Translations under genes and position numbers: made by a program | From: Octopus bimaculoides | Taxonomy: Eukaryota | Length of the DNA stretch: 64,000 bases | NCBI RefSeq assembly: GCF_001194135.2 | Contig: NC_068981.1 | Coordinates: forward strand, 136,581,281-136,645,280 | Reading direction: 5' to 3' | Shown here: piece by piece, positions 12,290 through 24,612 of the stretch | Position numbering within the stretch: the stretch's first letter is position 1 | Layout: each line of letters opens with the position of its first letter | The notes under the pieces: generated by a model | What the model saw: the letters and a program-made list of their open reading frames with translations, nothing else | Told to the model about the DNA's origin: nothing | Database searches by the model: none

Positions 12290-12693
12290 CATCCATCTTC
12301 ATGTTCTGAGTTCAAATTCCGCTGAGGTTGATTTTGCCTTTCATTCTTTCGGAGTCGATAAGTTAGGTACCAGTTGCACACTTGGGTCAATCTAATCAAT
12401 TGGCTCCCCACCACCAAATTTCGGGCTTTGTGCCTAGAGTAGAAAAGAATATTTCTTTAGGAATAAGGCAGCAAAATGGCAGAATCGTTAGCACGCTGGG
12501 CAAAATGCTTAGCAGTATTTTGTCTGTCTTTATGTTCTGAGTTCAAATTCCATCGAGGTCGATTTTGCCTTTTATCCTTTTGGGTCGATAAATTAAGTAC
12601 CAGTTGCATACTAGAATCGATCTAATTGACTGGCCCCCTCCCCCAAAATTTCGGGGTTTGTGCCTAGAGTAGAAAAGAATATTTCTTTAGGAA
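12290..12693 (+). mobile_element. two tandem SINE-B copies; the second has a 16-bp target-site duplication
   Basis: AATATTTCTTTAGGAA at 12448-12463 and 12678-12693. Confidence 0.8.
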
Positions 12694-13089
12694 CCCATAT
12701 ATAAATCATAACAAGAGTTAATCGATACTTGTAAGTGAAGACGGTAATCTAAATATCTTCTGGAACCTTGTGTCTGACAACATCTTGCTGATTCCTTAGA
12801 TTAATATACATTTGCAGAAAGAAATATGGGAATCAGTTTCCCAACCACGTAAATTTTGAAATTACTTTAATAATGGTACCAGATTCGTTCTGATATGACA
12901 AACTTCATAAGTCATAATTTCCAGTCAGTATTTGAGATTATATTTCTTCAGAGTTTGCCACAAATAGCAGCAGGAATGAAAGAATGAAATAAAGACATGT
13001 GCAAACTTCATAACTAACACTGATTGTGACTGCTGGCAGGAATATGAAATATTGTCAAGTTCTCTCTCAAGACTTTATTTTAGTTTTAT

Positions 13090-13430
13090 ATTTCTGTGAT
13101 AATTTTATTTAGTGTACTGAAAGAGAAAAAATACAAAACACACAAACAAATTGCACACCCAAACACGCAAAATAAAAAAATAAAATACATGTATACACAC
13201 AAAAAAAAAACACACACATACACGAGCATGATCATATACACACACAAATACACGCATATACAAAAGCACATACACAAAAGAACACACATACTTACACAAA
13301 CAAAATCACTTATGCACACAAATACACACATGCTCAAAATACACAGATCACAAATACATACACAAAGTACACAAAAACCCTAACATATACACAAACACAA
13401 ATAGATACACGCACAAGCACACACATATAT
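13090..13430. repeat. degenerate (CA)n/(ACAA)n array
   Basis: Visible directly. Confidence 0.85.
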
Positions 13431-13568
13431 TAGTATAACTGAGAGGGTTTGTAAAACAAGCTCAGCAGTGGCCTTGTCAAAAAATGGCATGAGAGAAGGA
13501 ATAATGTAGGAAATTCATTAGAATATATAATTAGGATCAATGAAATAATTTATCTCCTTCAGACTTGT

Positions 13569-13605
<37 letters not shown>

Positions 13606-14196
13606 ATGGGGTATAAAGGCACAAGGACAGAGAGTGTAGTAGCAATTTGTCATTAGTTTATTATGTTTAATTTTGTTTGCTTTATTCTCATCGTTCAAGA
13701 AGAAACTAAATACCTTAGTGATTAGTAATTCAAGCATAATGAAATAACATAGCCTGAGCATCTACTTCGTTAAGTAGAAAAGTTTTTTTTATGTGTCAAA
13801 TTTGTTAAACCACCCCTAAGTGGTTGCGTCAAAAAGCAGGGTACTTTAGATGTCAAGCAAAAGAAAAGGAAAGGTTGTGGCGTTGGATAGTGGTGGTGGT
13901 GGGAGAAATACTTACAAGAGAGCTAAAGAAGGAAATAAAATGGTGAAAAACAAAAACAAAAAACAAAACGTCAAACAATGACAACTAAAGAACTGACACC
14001 TATGTTACCAAAATATTTCCATAACTGTCTGTGACACTTCAGCTGTCACAAGTCACAGTTTTGAAGTTGCTTAACTTTGCATCCTCTCTACTCTACCCCC
14101 TCCCCAGCTTTCCTCTCCCCAGCCAGGCTTAAATTAAATTCAACTATTACATAGATGTTCATTTATGACACCCAGTCTCAGTTCTTCTTAGACTTA

Positions 14197-15064
14197 TGAG
14201 GTGATATCAAAAGGTTTCCAGATTAGTTATGTTTAATAAAAAATAACTTATTTACTCAAGTTTTAACAACTTCTGCATGGCAATACACTGGTTCCAGTGT
14301 TCCTGCCACTTCCAGAACTCAGCATGGAAGTTGTTTTCCATAAGTAAGTTGACAGACTTCTGCGATTCATTCTAGATCTCGACGACAGTAATAAAGCAGC
14401 AACCTTTGAGCTGCATTTTCATCTTGGGGAAGAGATGGAAGTCTGCAGGTACTAAATCTGATGAATAAGGTGAGTGCAGAAGCGATACCATGTTGTTGAT
14501 ATCAAGTGAGGAGAGCTTAGTGACAGGGTGGATTGTCATCGCGCAGAATCCAATTCTTCATGCTCCACATATCTGGTCACTTTCACCAAACATCCTCCCT
14601 CAAATGCTTCAAAACATCATCATAAAACTCTCGATTAACAGCCTGGCCCTGGGGGATGAATTCTTGATGCACAATACCACATTTTGCAGGGTTACACTCA
14701 TGGTAGGTCTTCCAGGAATGTTCTTCCACTTCTGAAGCATCTGTGCCACTCAAAACATTGTGTACGACCCATTGCCTCATTGTTGAAGCATGCTCAATGT
14801 CTCTGTAGCAGACTTTCTGAGTTTAAGGCAAAATTTCATGTTCGCTCTTTGTTCCAACTTCCTGTCCATGACAAAAATCACAGACTACAGCACACACGTG
14901 ATCACAAAAACACAAATTTCACAATTTGCGATGTAAACACAGTGATGTCACTCAACCCACTGCCTCATGAAGGTCATTGCTAGCTCACACAGCTCATGCA
15001 ACCATGTGCTGCCATCTGTTGGTACACTACAGATCTAGTCCGGGAACTTTTTGATACCACCTCG
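14197..15064 (-). mobile_element. internally deleted mariner (868 bp), TA-flanked
   Basis: TIRs TGAGGTGATATCAAAAGGTTTCCAGATTAG vs CGAGGTGGTATCAAAAAGTTCCCGGACTAG. ATG at 14869: MDRKLEQRANMKFCLKLRKSATETLSMLQQ*, then EAMGRTQCFEWHRCFRSGRTFLED, a jump to GIVHQEFIPQGQAVNREFYDDVLKHLRE, DDNPPCH, PYSSDLVPADFHLFPKMK. Confidence 0.9.
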
Positions 15065-15224
15065 TACATTCTAAAACAGAAATGACGAGCTCCATTAGAG
15101 CTGTTCACTTTAGCCATTATAATTTTCCTGTTCATCAACAAACATCATCTGTGTCATGGCATCTAAACAAACCAAGACTGGCTGTCAAACGATGGTATGA
15201 TGGGCTGTGACAAGCACAGATACA

Positions 15225-15780
15225 AGCTTGCACTTTGTCAGTTACAATGAGAAAGGGTTCCAGTTGATCTGATCAACAGAACAGCCTGCTCATGAAATTA
15301 ACATGCAAGTGGGTGAGCACTCCACTGACACATATACCCTTAATATAGTTCTCAGGAAGATTCAGCATGACATTAAATTTTGCATGGATGGCCTATTGAA
15401 ATACAAGTACAACTCATTTTTGCCAGCTGAGTTGACTGGAGCAGTGAGGAATAAAGTATCTTGCTCAAAGGACACATGTCATCAGGAGTTGAACTTATGA
15501 TTTTACGATTGTAAGCCAAATGGTAGCTGGACAATTTGTCAACAGACAGTTGGATGACAGACAACTGACAGACAGGACAATTGTGTGAGATGGTGCAGAG
15601 TCCTGTTGCCAGACATAAGGTGTTCCAGCAGCCACCCTCCTGACTCAGGGTAGCACAACCTCTTCCAGGCACTTGAAGTAGGCCTCTGTGTTAAGTTTGA
15701 GGCCATGTGGGAATTGTCTGTCGGTGAATTGTCTGCACATGAAGCTGAATACCCCTAACCACTAAGTCACATACCTTCAC
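15225..15780 (-). mobile_element. SINE (family E-related) interrupted by a ~220-bp insertion
   Basis: CAGCTGAGTTGACTGGAGCA..AAAGTATCTTGCTCAA head domain; the tRNA head resumes at ~15741 (CCCTAACCACTAAG). Confidence 0.6.
15582..15713 (-). pseudogene. Tc1/mariner-superfamily transposase fragment (maT/DD37D-like)
   Basis: FPHGLKLNTEAYFKCLEEVVLP*VRRVAAGTPYVWQQDSAPSHT; WQQDSAPxH holds the second catalytic Asp. Confidence 0.75.
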
Positions 15781-15786
15781 ACAAAC

Positions 15787-15819
<33 letters not shown>

Positions 15820-16059
15820 TTATACTACAGGCTTCCATGCAGTTTCGTCTATCAAATTCACTCACAAAGCATTGATCAACTTGGGGCTATATTAGAAGAC
15901 ACTTGCCCAAGGTGACACATGGTGGGACTGAACTCAAAACCATGCGATTGCAAAGTGAACTTAACTGCACAACCATGCCTGAGCTTTCTTAGCCTAGATT
16001 ATGCATTGTTTTATGATGCATTGTTTTATAAAGTGATGTCAATGCAAAGTTGTTATACT

Positions 16060-16132
16060 TTCAAGGGGATGCTGAAAAGTTCCTGGCTTTGGGTAAAAGA
16101 AAATACAAGAGGATCAGTTAATTATGATTTTA
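16060..16132 (+). mobile_element. mariner-type terminal fragment
   Basis: CAAGGGGATGCTGAAAAGTTCCTGGCTTTG resembles a mariner TIR; truncated by the RTE insertion. Confidence 0.4.
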
Positions 16133-16133
16133 T

Positions 16134-16622
16134 TTCCTTTCGAGCATTGGGCCTCATGGAGGCAAAGTGGCTGAGTTCCTTTCAAATGCTGGACTTCATG
16201 GAGGCAAGGTGGCTGAGTTCCTTTGAAGCATTGGGCCTCATGAAGGCAAAGTAGCTGAGTTCCTTTTGAGCATTGGACCTGAGAGAGGCAAAGTGGCTGA
16301 GTTCCTTTCCAGTGTTGGGCCTCATGGGAGGCAATGGCCAAGACCTTTATCATTATGTCATGCTTGAAAACAAGACCCATCAAACCGAGCAAAATCTCAG
16401 CCATGGCAGATACCAGTGTCACGCAAATGGCAACCATGCTGGTGGCATGTAAAAGCACCCATTACACTCTTGGAGTGGTTAGTGTAAGGAAGGGCATCCA
16501 GCCATAGAAAACCAAGCCAACTCAGACTGGAGTCTGGTGCAGCCTCCAAACTTACCATCCCTAGTCAATCTGGCCAACCCATGCCAGCATGGACAATGGA
16601 CGTTAAATGATGATGATGATGA
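16134..16622 (+). mobile_element. RTE LINE 3' end with ~5 copies of a 42-bp in-frame unit
   Basis: TTCCTTT units at 42-bp spacing (CC at 16136, 16178, 16220, 16262, 16304); GGAAGGGCATCCAG domain; (GAT)n tail. Confidence 0.8.
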
Positions 16623-17577
16623 TTCCCCTCTCAAATTCACACACTTATTACAGTGATACTTCAGATTTTCTAAAAGAACTCAGAAGGTTAGGCCTCCAAC
16701 CAGGTTTTTTGCAATACCCTTAAAACCAGGAACTTCTCAGTACCCCCTGACATATAAACAATATGTAATGGCAATCCTTGCAACATGTAATGACAATTCT
16801 CAGAGTTTCATAGCCTGGCTGAAGCTTTCAAAATACTGAAGTTATTTGTCTAACAAGGAACTTGATCTGAGACTGTGTATTGAAACTACAGCAACAATAA
16901 CATAGAAGAGCTGTTTAATAATATGCAAAGCTGTTAAAATAACTTTAAATTCAAATTTATTTCATGAGCTATCAGATTTTTTTTTGTCACACAACTGTAA
17001 TGAAAATTCTGATACTTTATGAAATTATTTTAAATTTAAAGTGAATTTGACAGCTTTGTGCATTATTAAGCAGTTCTTTTATGATTTAGTTGTTTAAATT
17101 CATTTTACATTTGTCCTTTTTGTTAAAGATAGCCAAATACTGATGGTATGTGTATGTGCTTTGTTAACATCAGCAACACAGCTAAAAATTCAAATTGCTA
17201 TGATGTTCATTGCTCTCATTTCTTTTTGCTTTGAGCACCAATAATATAACCCTTAAGAAGTTTCCTACTACATGACCCCATGTGCAAGAATTTTTATCAT
17301 AGCTCCTGATCAGCAAATGCTTGGTGAGTGAATTTGATAGATGGAAACTATGTGGAAGCCTGTCATAGATATATGAGCATGTGTACATGCATGTATGTGT
17401 ATGCATGTGTGTTTGTGCATTTGTCTACCACACCTCTTGACAACTGGTGTTCCTTTGTTTATGTCCCTGTAACTTAGTACATCAGCAAAAGTGACAAATA
17501 AAATAAGTACCAAACTTAGAAACAAGTACTGAGGTGAATTTGTTTGACCAAATCCTTCAGAATGGTGCTCCAGCAAA

Positions 17578-17975
17578 TATTCTGCTCAATACCACAGATT
17601 CACTTGTCAGCTGCTTGACCATAACCAGTTGAGCATGTCCCTCAGTGGCTGACAATATGTGCATCTCTGATCACGAGCAGAAGTAGTAGGGGAGCATCAT
17701 AGCCTTATGTTGAGAGGAATTCTTTGGGGTTTGGATAATTCACCTTCGGAAACATGAGTGTGTCGTTCAACATCCTTAAGCAACCCTTATTCAGGGACCT
17801 TTTGAGTGGGATGGGCTACTCAACCTGAAGAAAATTCTAACTGGGCCCCACCTACAAGGTCATGTGCTGTTTAGCTGATATGAAATCACCCTTATCAGAT
17901 GGGTAGTCATGATGGCTTTGTATATTTGTACCTCAGTCTCACTTTGACGGCATGCACTACTCTCTCACTCAGTAA
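17578..17975. mobile_element. unclassified interspersed repeat
   Basis: GC-richer block interrupting a SINE-A tail and ending at an (AAT) run; recalled as a common octopus repeat, single copy here. Confidence 0.35.
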
Positions 17976-17997
17976 TCATAATGATAATAATTATTAT

Positions 17998-18214
17998 TTC
18001 TACTCAAGGCAAAAGGCCTTGAAAATTTTGGTGGAGGGGGGGGGGGCGAGTCGATTATATCAACCCCAGTATATAACTGGGACTTGTTTCATTGACCCCG
18101 AAAGGATGAAAGGCAAAATCAGCCTCGGTGGAATTTGAACTCAGAACGTAAAGACGGACAAAATACTGCCAAGCATTTCACCCGGTGTGCTAATGATTCT
18201 GCCAGCTCACCACC

Positions 18215-18216
<2 letters not shown>
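17998..18216 (-). mobile_element. SINE family B
   Basis: Reverse complement of the family B consensus; abuts (AAT)n at 18217-18258. Confidence 0.8.
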
Positions 18217-18260
<44 letters not shown>

Positions 18261-18654
18261 ACTTGTGTGGTGTGTCCAGGTACAGTACAGCTGCTCGAGG
18301 GTAAACAGCACTATGACACAGAGGAAAGAGTCATGTTATTTGTCTCCTATCAGTCAGCTACTTGTTCCTTCCTCTTTCCAATTGGTACTTATAATGTCTA
18401 ATATACTTTATATGAATGAAGCAACAACAACAACAGCAACAACAAAAAACTAAAAATAAAGTAATTACATACACACTCGTAATCATTAATAATTTGATTT
18501 CTAGGTACAAGAAACGCCATTCAGTAATATAACAACAGGCATTACACTCTTTGCCCCCCCCCCCATCATTCTTAATGCGCATCAACATTGACATTCTCAG
18601 AGCTAATCAGATCGAGTGAAGAGCGGAGGGTGGCACACACCCAGTTGGTTTTAT

Positions 18655-19250
18655 TAACACCGTCACTTCCATCACCAGCACCAACACCACCACCACCACC
18701 ATCATCATCATCATGACCATCACTATCATCTTAATTATAACCACCACTATTGATGCTGCTATTGCCACCACCACTACCACTATCATCATCACCATCATCA
18801 CAATCACCATTACTACTGCTGCCACATCCACCACCACTGCTACAATTATGCAAGTCTCACCACCAACACCATCATCATCATCACCACCACCACTACAACC
18901 AACATCATCACAAACACCACTACCACTATCAGAAACATTGATTCCACCACTCTAGTCACCATCATAAGTGCCACCACTATCGCCACCAACATCATCATCA
19001 TCATCTCCACAACCATCATCAACATCATCACAAACACCACAACCACTACCACCACCACCATCATCACAATCACCATTACTACTGCTGCCTCATCCACCAC
19101 CACCATCACTGCTACAACTATGCAACTGCCACCACCACCACCACCACCAACACCATCAGAAACGTCACTACCACCACTCTAATCACCATCATGGGTGCCA
19201 CCACCAGCACCACCAACATCATAACCATCATCATCATCATCGTTACCATC
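18655..19250. repeat. degenerate (CAC/CAT)n array with an internal ~265-bp duplication
   Basis: ACCATCATCACAATCACCATTACTACTGCTGCC and ATCAGAAAC...CACCACTCTA each occur twice. Confidence 0.85.
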
Positions 19251-19797
19251 AGTAGATAAACAATGGCAAGTAAAATAGATTTCATTTAATGAGTTTGTCT
19301 AAATAAGTAACTGTTATTTTCACGAGAGAGACATTTCCGAAGTAACCAACAGTTTCCGCAAACAGACAAGAAAGAAACCGCGTATATTAGTTTGATTTTT
19401 CAGTAAACATGTACGCATACGTTCATGTCTACATGTGTACGTAAGTGCAACTGTATATCTATGTATGTGTCTGTGTATGTGTACGTAGGTGTGTGGGAGT
19501 TTCTGACACGCTGGGACAAGGAAAGTTAATGGAAGATAGAACAGAACAGGTAAAAAAATAAAATATGGAAAAAAAAAAAAAAATGGAAAAGCTGTCTGCG
19601 TTCTGTTTTTGTTTTTTAATTTTTTTCCTCCCTAAATATCACATTTGTTTTAATAACTTATGAAAATATCATGAACACAGCGAGACATGTTTATTAGATA
19701 TGCTGAATAAAGTAAAAAAGGTATTTTTTTAAGTCGTTCTCTCTTGAAATATTCCATTTCCACCTATGAAGGTGGATATAAAACACGCACACACACA

Positions 19798-19843
<46 letters not shown>

Positions 19844-20047
19844 AATGGCATGCACACATATACGTGTGTACATATACATAAGCTAGCAAACATTGTCTGT
19901 GTGTGTGTGTGTGCATGTGTGTGTATACAAGTGTGTGCATAAATATATAACACACTTACATAAATATATATAACATACTTGTATGTATGTGTATACCTCT
20001 CTCTTCTCTCTGCATATCATCATCATCATCATCATCGTTATTTAATG

Positions 20048-20467
20048 TAGGAGTGGCTGTGTGGTAAGTAGCTTGCTTACCAACCACATGGTTCCGGGTT
20101 CAGTCCCACTGTGGGGTACCTCGGGCAAGTGTCTTCTACTATAACCTTGGGCCAACCAAAGCCTTGTAAGTGGATTTGGTAGACAGAAACTGAAAGAAGC
20201 TTGTCGTATATATGTATATATATATGTATATGTATGTGTGTGTGTATATGTTTGTGTGTCTGTGTTTGTCCACCCAACATCGCTTGACAACCGATGCTGG
20301 TGTGTTTACGTCCCCGTAACTTAGCGATTCGGCAAAAGAGCCCGATAGAATAAATACTAGGCTTACAAAGAATACGTCCTGGGGTCGGTTTGCTTGACTA
20401 AAGGCGGTGCTCCAGCATGGCCACAGTCAAATGACTGAAACAAGTAAAAGAGACTAAAAGAGAGAGA
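20048..20467 (+). mobile_element. SINE family A, young full-length copy inserted in an RTE tail
   Basis: Many CpGs retained; splits CATCGTT..TTTAATG / TCCGCTTTCC of the RTE 3' end. Confidence 0.85.
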
Positions 20468-21012
20468 GTCCGCTTTCCATGTTGTCATGGGTTGGACGGT
20501 TTCACTGAGGACTGGCAAACCAGGAAGCTGCACCAGGCTCCAATCTGATCTGGCAAGGTTTCTACAGCTGGATGCCCTTCCTAATGCCAACCACTCCAAG
20601 AGTGTAGTGGGTGCTTTTTACATTCCACCAGCTTGGGGAGCCAATCAGGCAGCACTGGCATTGACCACACTTGAATGGTGCTTTTTATATGCAACCAGCA
20701 TATCGCATTGCTGTAATAGAGAAGACCCACTCACCACAACAGAATTGAGATTCTAAAACCAAGGTGCCACATGAAAAGCATTGATGTGGGTGCTGGTGCC
20801 ACATTAAAAACACTGGTGATAATGCCATGTAAAAAAAACATCCAGTACATATTGTAGAGTGGTTGCCATTAGGAAGGGCATCCAGCCATAGAAACCAAAC
20901 CAAAACAGACTACACAACTTGGTGCAGCCCCCAGCCATGCCGGTTCCTGTTAAGTTGTCCAACCCATGCCAGCATGGAAAATGGATGTCAAATGTTGATG
21001 ATGATGATGATG
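20468..21012. mobile_element. head-to-head pair of RTE 3' ends (minus 20468-20700, plus ~20770-21012)
   Basis: TGGATGCCCTTCCTAATG at ~20569 is the reverse complement of CATTAGGAAGGGCATCCA at ~20867. Confidence 0.8.
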
Positions 21013-21076
21013 ATATACAATAATCCCTCACCATATCACGGTTCACTATCGTGGTTTATTATTAAAGCTTATGTCA

Positions 21077-21290
21077 AAGCAGCAAGCTGGCAGAAACGCT
21101 AGCATGCCAGGCAAAATGCTTAGTGATATTTCATCTGTCTTTCCGTGCTGAGTTCAAATTCTGCTGTGGTTGACTTTGCCTTTTATCCTTTCGGGGTCAA
21201 TAAATTAAGTACCAGTTATGTATTGGGGTCAATCTAATCGGCTGGCACCTTCCCACCAAATTTCGGGCCTTGTGCCTCTAATAGAAAGGA
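21077..21290 (+). mobile_element. SINE family B
   Basis: Colinear with the family B consensus. Confidence 0.8.
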
Positions 21291-21374
21291 CTATTTAAGC
21301 TTACGTTGATTCCTCCATGGTGTTGTTTTGCATTTATAATAAAATATATACAAATTGTAAAAATAATTAAAAAG

Positions 21375-21857
21375 TAGGAGTGGCTGTGTGGTAAGTAGCT
21401 TGGTTACGAACCACATGGTTCCGCGTTCAGTCCCACTGCGTGGCATCCTGGGCAAGTGTCTTCCACTATAGCCTTGGGCCGACCAAAGCCTTGTGAGTGG
21501 ATTTGGTAGACGGAAACTGAAAGAAGCCCGTCGTATNNNNNNNNNNNNNNNNNNNNNNNNNNNNNNNNNNNNNNNNNNNNNNNNNNNNNNNNNNNNNNNN
21601 NNNNNNNNNNNNNNNNNNNNNATATATATGTATGTGTGTTTGTGTGTCTGTGTTTGTCCCCCAACATCGCTTGACAACCGATGCTAGTGTGTTTACGTCC
21701 CTGTAACTTAGCGGTTCAGCAAAAAGAGACTGATAGAATAAGTATTAGGTTTACAAAGAATAAGTCCTGGGGTCGATCTGCTCGACTAAAGGTGGTGCTC
21801 CAGCATGGCCGCAGTCAAATGACTGAAACAAGTAAAAGAGTAAAAGAGTAAAAAGAG
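21375..21857 (+). mobile_element. SINE family A, young full-length copy (internal microsatellite is an N-gap)
   Basis: CpG-rich head; gap 21537-21621 at the (TA)n position; (GTAAAAGA)n tail. Confidence 0.85.
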
Positions 21858-22124
21858 GGAGTACAGTACTTTTTGTACTTCGTGGATTTTCACCTATTGC
21901 AGGGAGTTTTGGAACATAACACCCATGATAGGTAAGGGATTATACATCCATATATAAACATATGTGTATATACATCATCATCAGCCTCCTCATCATTAGC
22001 ATTTAAATGTTAACTTTCCATGCTTGTATTGAAAAGTAGATGGGGTTTACTGAGGCAAGTTTTCTATGACTGGATGCCCTTCCAGTCACTGACCCTTGCT
22101 CATTTCCCCATAGTTAGACATGGG

Positions 22125-22362
22125 TGATAGTGCCATGTAAAAAGCATTGGTGCTGGTGCCACGTAAAAAGCACTGGTGCTGGTACCATGTATAAAGCACC
22201 CAGTACACTCTGTAAAGAAGTTGGTGCTATGAAGGGCATCCAGCTGTAGAAACTATGCCAAAACAGACAATGGAACCTGTTGGGACTCTCAGTCTTACCA
22301 GCCCCTGTCAAACAGTCCAACCCAAACCAACATGGAAAACAGACGTTAAACGATGATGATGT
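22125..22362 (+). mobile_element. RTE 3' end with three 26-bp tandem units
   Basis: GTGCCA.GTAAAAAGCA.TGGTGCTG at 22130, 22156 and 22182. Confidence 0.7.
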
Positions 22363-22924
22363 ACTTCACCACAAGTATTGAGTAATTCTTCAGTTTGATA
22401 TAAAACTGTTTGTATTATAACTTGATATGAAAACAACCATTAATACACACACACACACACGCACAAGCACATGTGAGTGTGTGTTTGTGTCTATATATAA
22501 TCATATTCACTCACATTCATTAACTTATCAGTCTAGGTGCAATATTTAACTTACTAGACATTAACACAATACCACAGTTAAAAGTGCTCCAGGCTCAAAA
22601 CCATGAAATGAAAATGGAACATTAACATATTGACATCAATTGCCATTTATACCTGCGTTGCGTGTGTGCATATGTGTGTGATTGCATGTATGTATTTGAG
22701 CATGATTGTCTTTCTGTGTGCATGTGCAATGTGTACACATGTGATAAACCTTTTGATATCAGCATCATGACTTTTATTGACTGTTATTTTAAAGGAAGGA
22801 AGTAGAGCACAACCTATTATTTCAATAATGTCTTTTCATGTTAATATTGTTATTTATCTTCTCTCTTCATAGATGAGAGAGAAAGAAGAGTATGATATAT
22901 ATCTGTGTGCATAATATATATATG

Positions 22925-22994
<70 letters not shown>

Positions 22995-24067
22995 TATATG
23001 TGTGTGTGTTATATATATATATGTATGTATGTATGTATATTGAGAAAAAGAGAGAATAGTTTTTAAAAAATATATACCACAGTACTTAACAACATTTTTT
23101 TAGATGTTTTTAACATAGTATTTTTTTTTGCTGTTATTATTTAACCTCTTCTGGGGTTATCCTTGATTGAACAAGTCTAGAACAAAAGGAATACTGTTCC
23201 TAGGCTAATCATCCATGTCCTTCCTTTTAGCTGTATAGCAAGGCATGATTTCACTGCTATTTTTTGCAGGCCGAAGAACCCGGAGTTTCCCTCATTTGGT
23301 TGGAGTAACTGTGCAGTGGATCCCCCTGAATCTTGGCATGGAAAACTAAATTCTATGTGCTTCCTTACTATACTATACAACTAGTTGTGTAGAATAGTTG
23401 TTAAAACATCAGAAGGGAAGTAAGCAATGTCAGACAACCAAATCATCCAGGTGAAAACCTATCTCTCCTCTGTTTAAGATAACTGATAAGTCTACAGTGA
23501 GAACTGGCCCTTTGTCTAAATGCTTATCATCATCATCATCATCCAGTGTTTGGTAAGTGCAAATATTTATAGAGTACCATATGTTCATGTCCATTTTTTT
23601 TTCCAGATTTATTTAAAGAGGAAGAATGACATTAGTCAAAGGTATTTTATCAGAGCCTCTTGAAACTGGTGGGAGAAAAATCAAGGAGGAAGGAACCCCC
23701 CCCCCCCCNNNNNNNNNNNNNNNNNNNNNNNNNNNNNNNNNNNNNNNNNNNNNNNCACACACACACACAAAAAAAAAATCATAGGATTCTACAGCAAGTA
23801 TCAACACAATACTGAGTGATGAAAAGCTAACTGGGACTGAATGACATGATCTGAATTTTTACAAGAATGGATTCCAAGTGTGGATTCTGCTTTAAATAAT
23901 CTTGGGTTGGATTCTTAATATCTCTGGGATTACTTAAAATTGCAAACTGGTGACACAGGCATGGCTGTGTGGCTAAGGAGCTTGGTTTCAGGTTTTGTTA
24001 CACTGCATGGCACTTTGTCTTCTATAACCCTGGGTGGATTTGTTAGATGGAAACTGAAAGAAACCTG

Positions 24068-24112
<45 letters not shown>

Positions 24113-24357
24113 CATAGCCAATTCAATGAAGAATTAAAAAAATGAATAAAAGAGTAAGAGGGAAAAAAACAAAAAAATGAACATGAGGATGTGCACAAGA
24201 ATTATATTAGTTTGATGTTCGGTGAAAGGGAAGAATTTTTAACATTCCAAGCATGGCTCTTTGTTGGAAAGGAGAAAAGAAAAAGTCCAAAGAAGAAAGA
24301 AAAGGAAAATCGGCAATGGTGCATGTGTGGTTACATTTCTGAAGATAAATATATATC

Positions 24358-24612
24358 ATCATCATTGTTTAACGTCTGTTTTCCATGCTGGCATGGGTTA
24401 GACGGTTTGACTGGGGACTGGCAAGCCAGTAGGCTGCACCAATCTGATCTGGCAAGGTTTCTACAGCTGGATGCCCTTCCTAGTGCCAACCACTCTGAGA
24501 GTGTAGTGGGTGCTTTTTACGTGCCACCGGCATAGAAACCAGTTAGGTAGTATTGGCATTGACCATGTTTGGATGGTGCTTTTTACGTGCCACTGGCACA
24601 AGAGCCACTTGA
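24358..24612 (-). mobile_element. RTE 3' end
   Basis: (CAT)n-TTTAACGTC.GTTTTCCATGC start and TGGATGCCCTTCC domain. Confidence 0.75.

Noticed and set aside
16134-16330. Regularly spaced repeats reminiscent of a CRISPR array (also the SINE-B chains)
   Set aside because: Contiguous tandem units without unique spacers, eukaryotic context, no cas genes; origin in RTE or SINE is evident.
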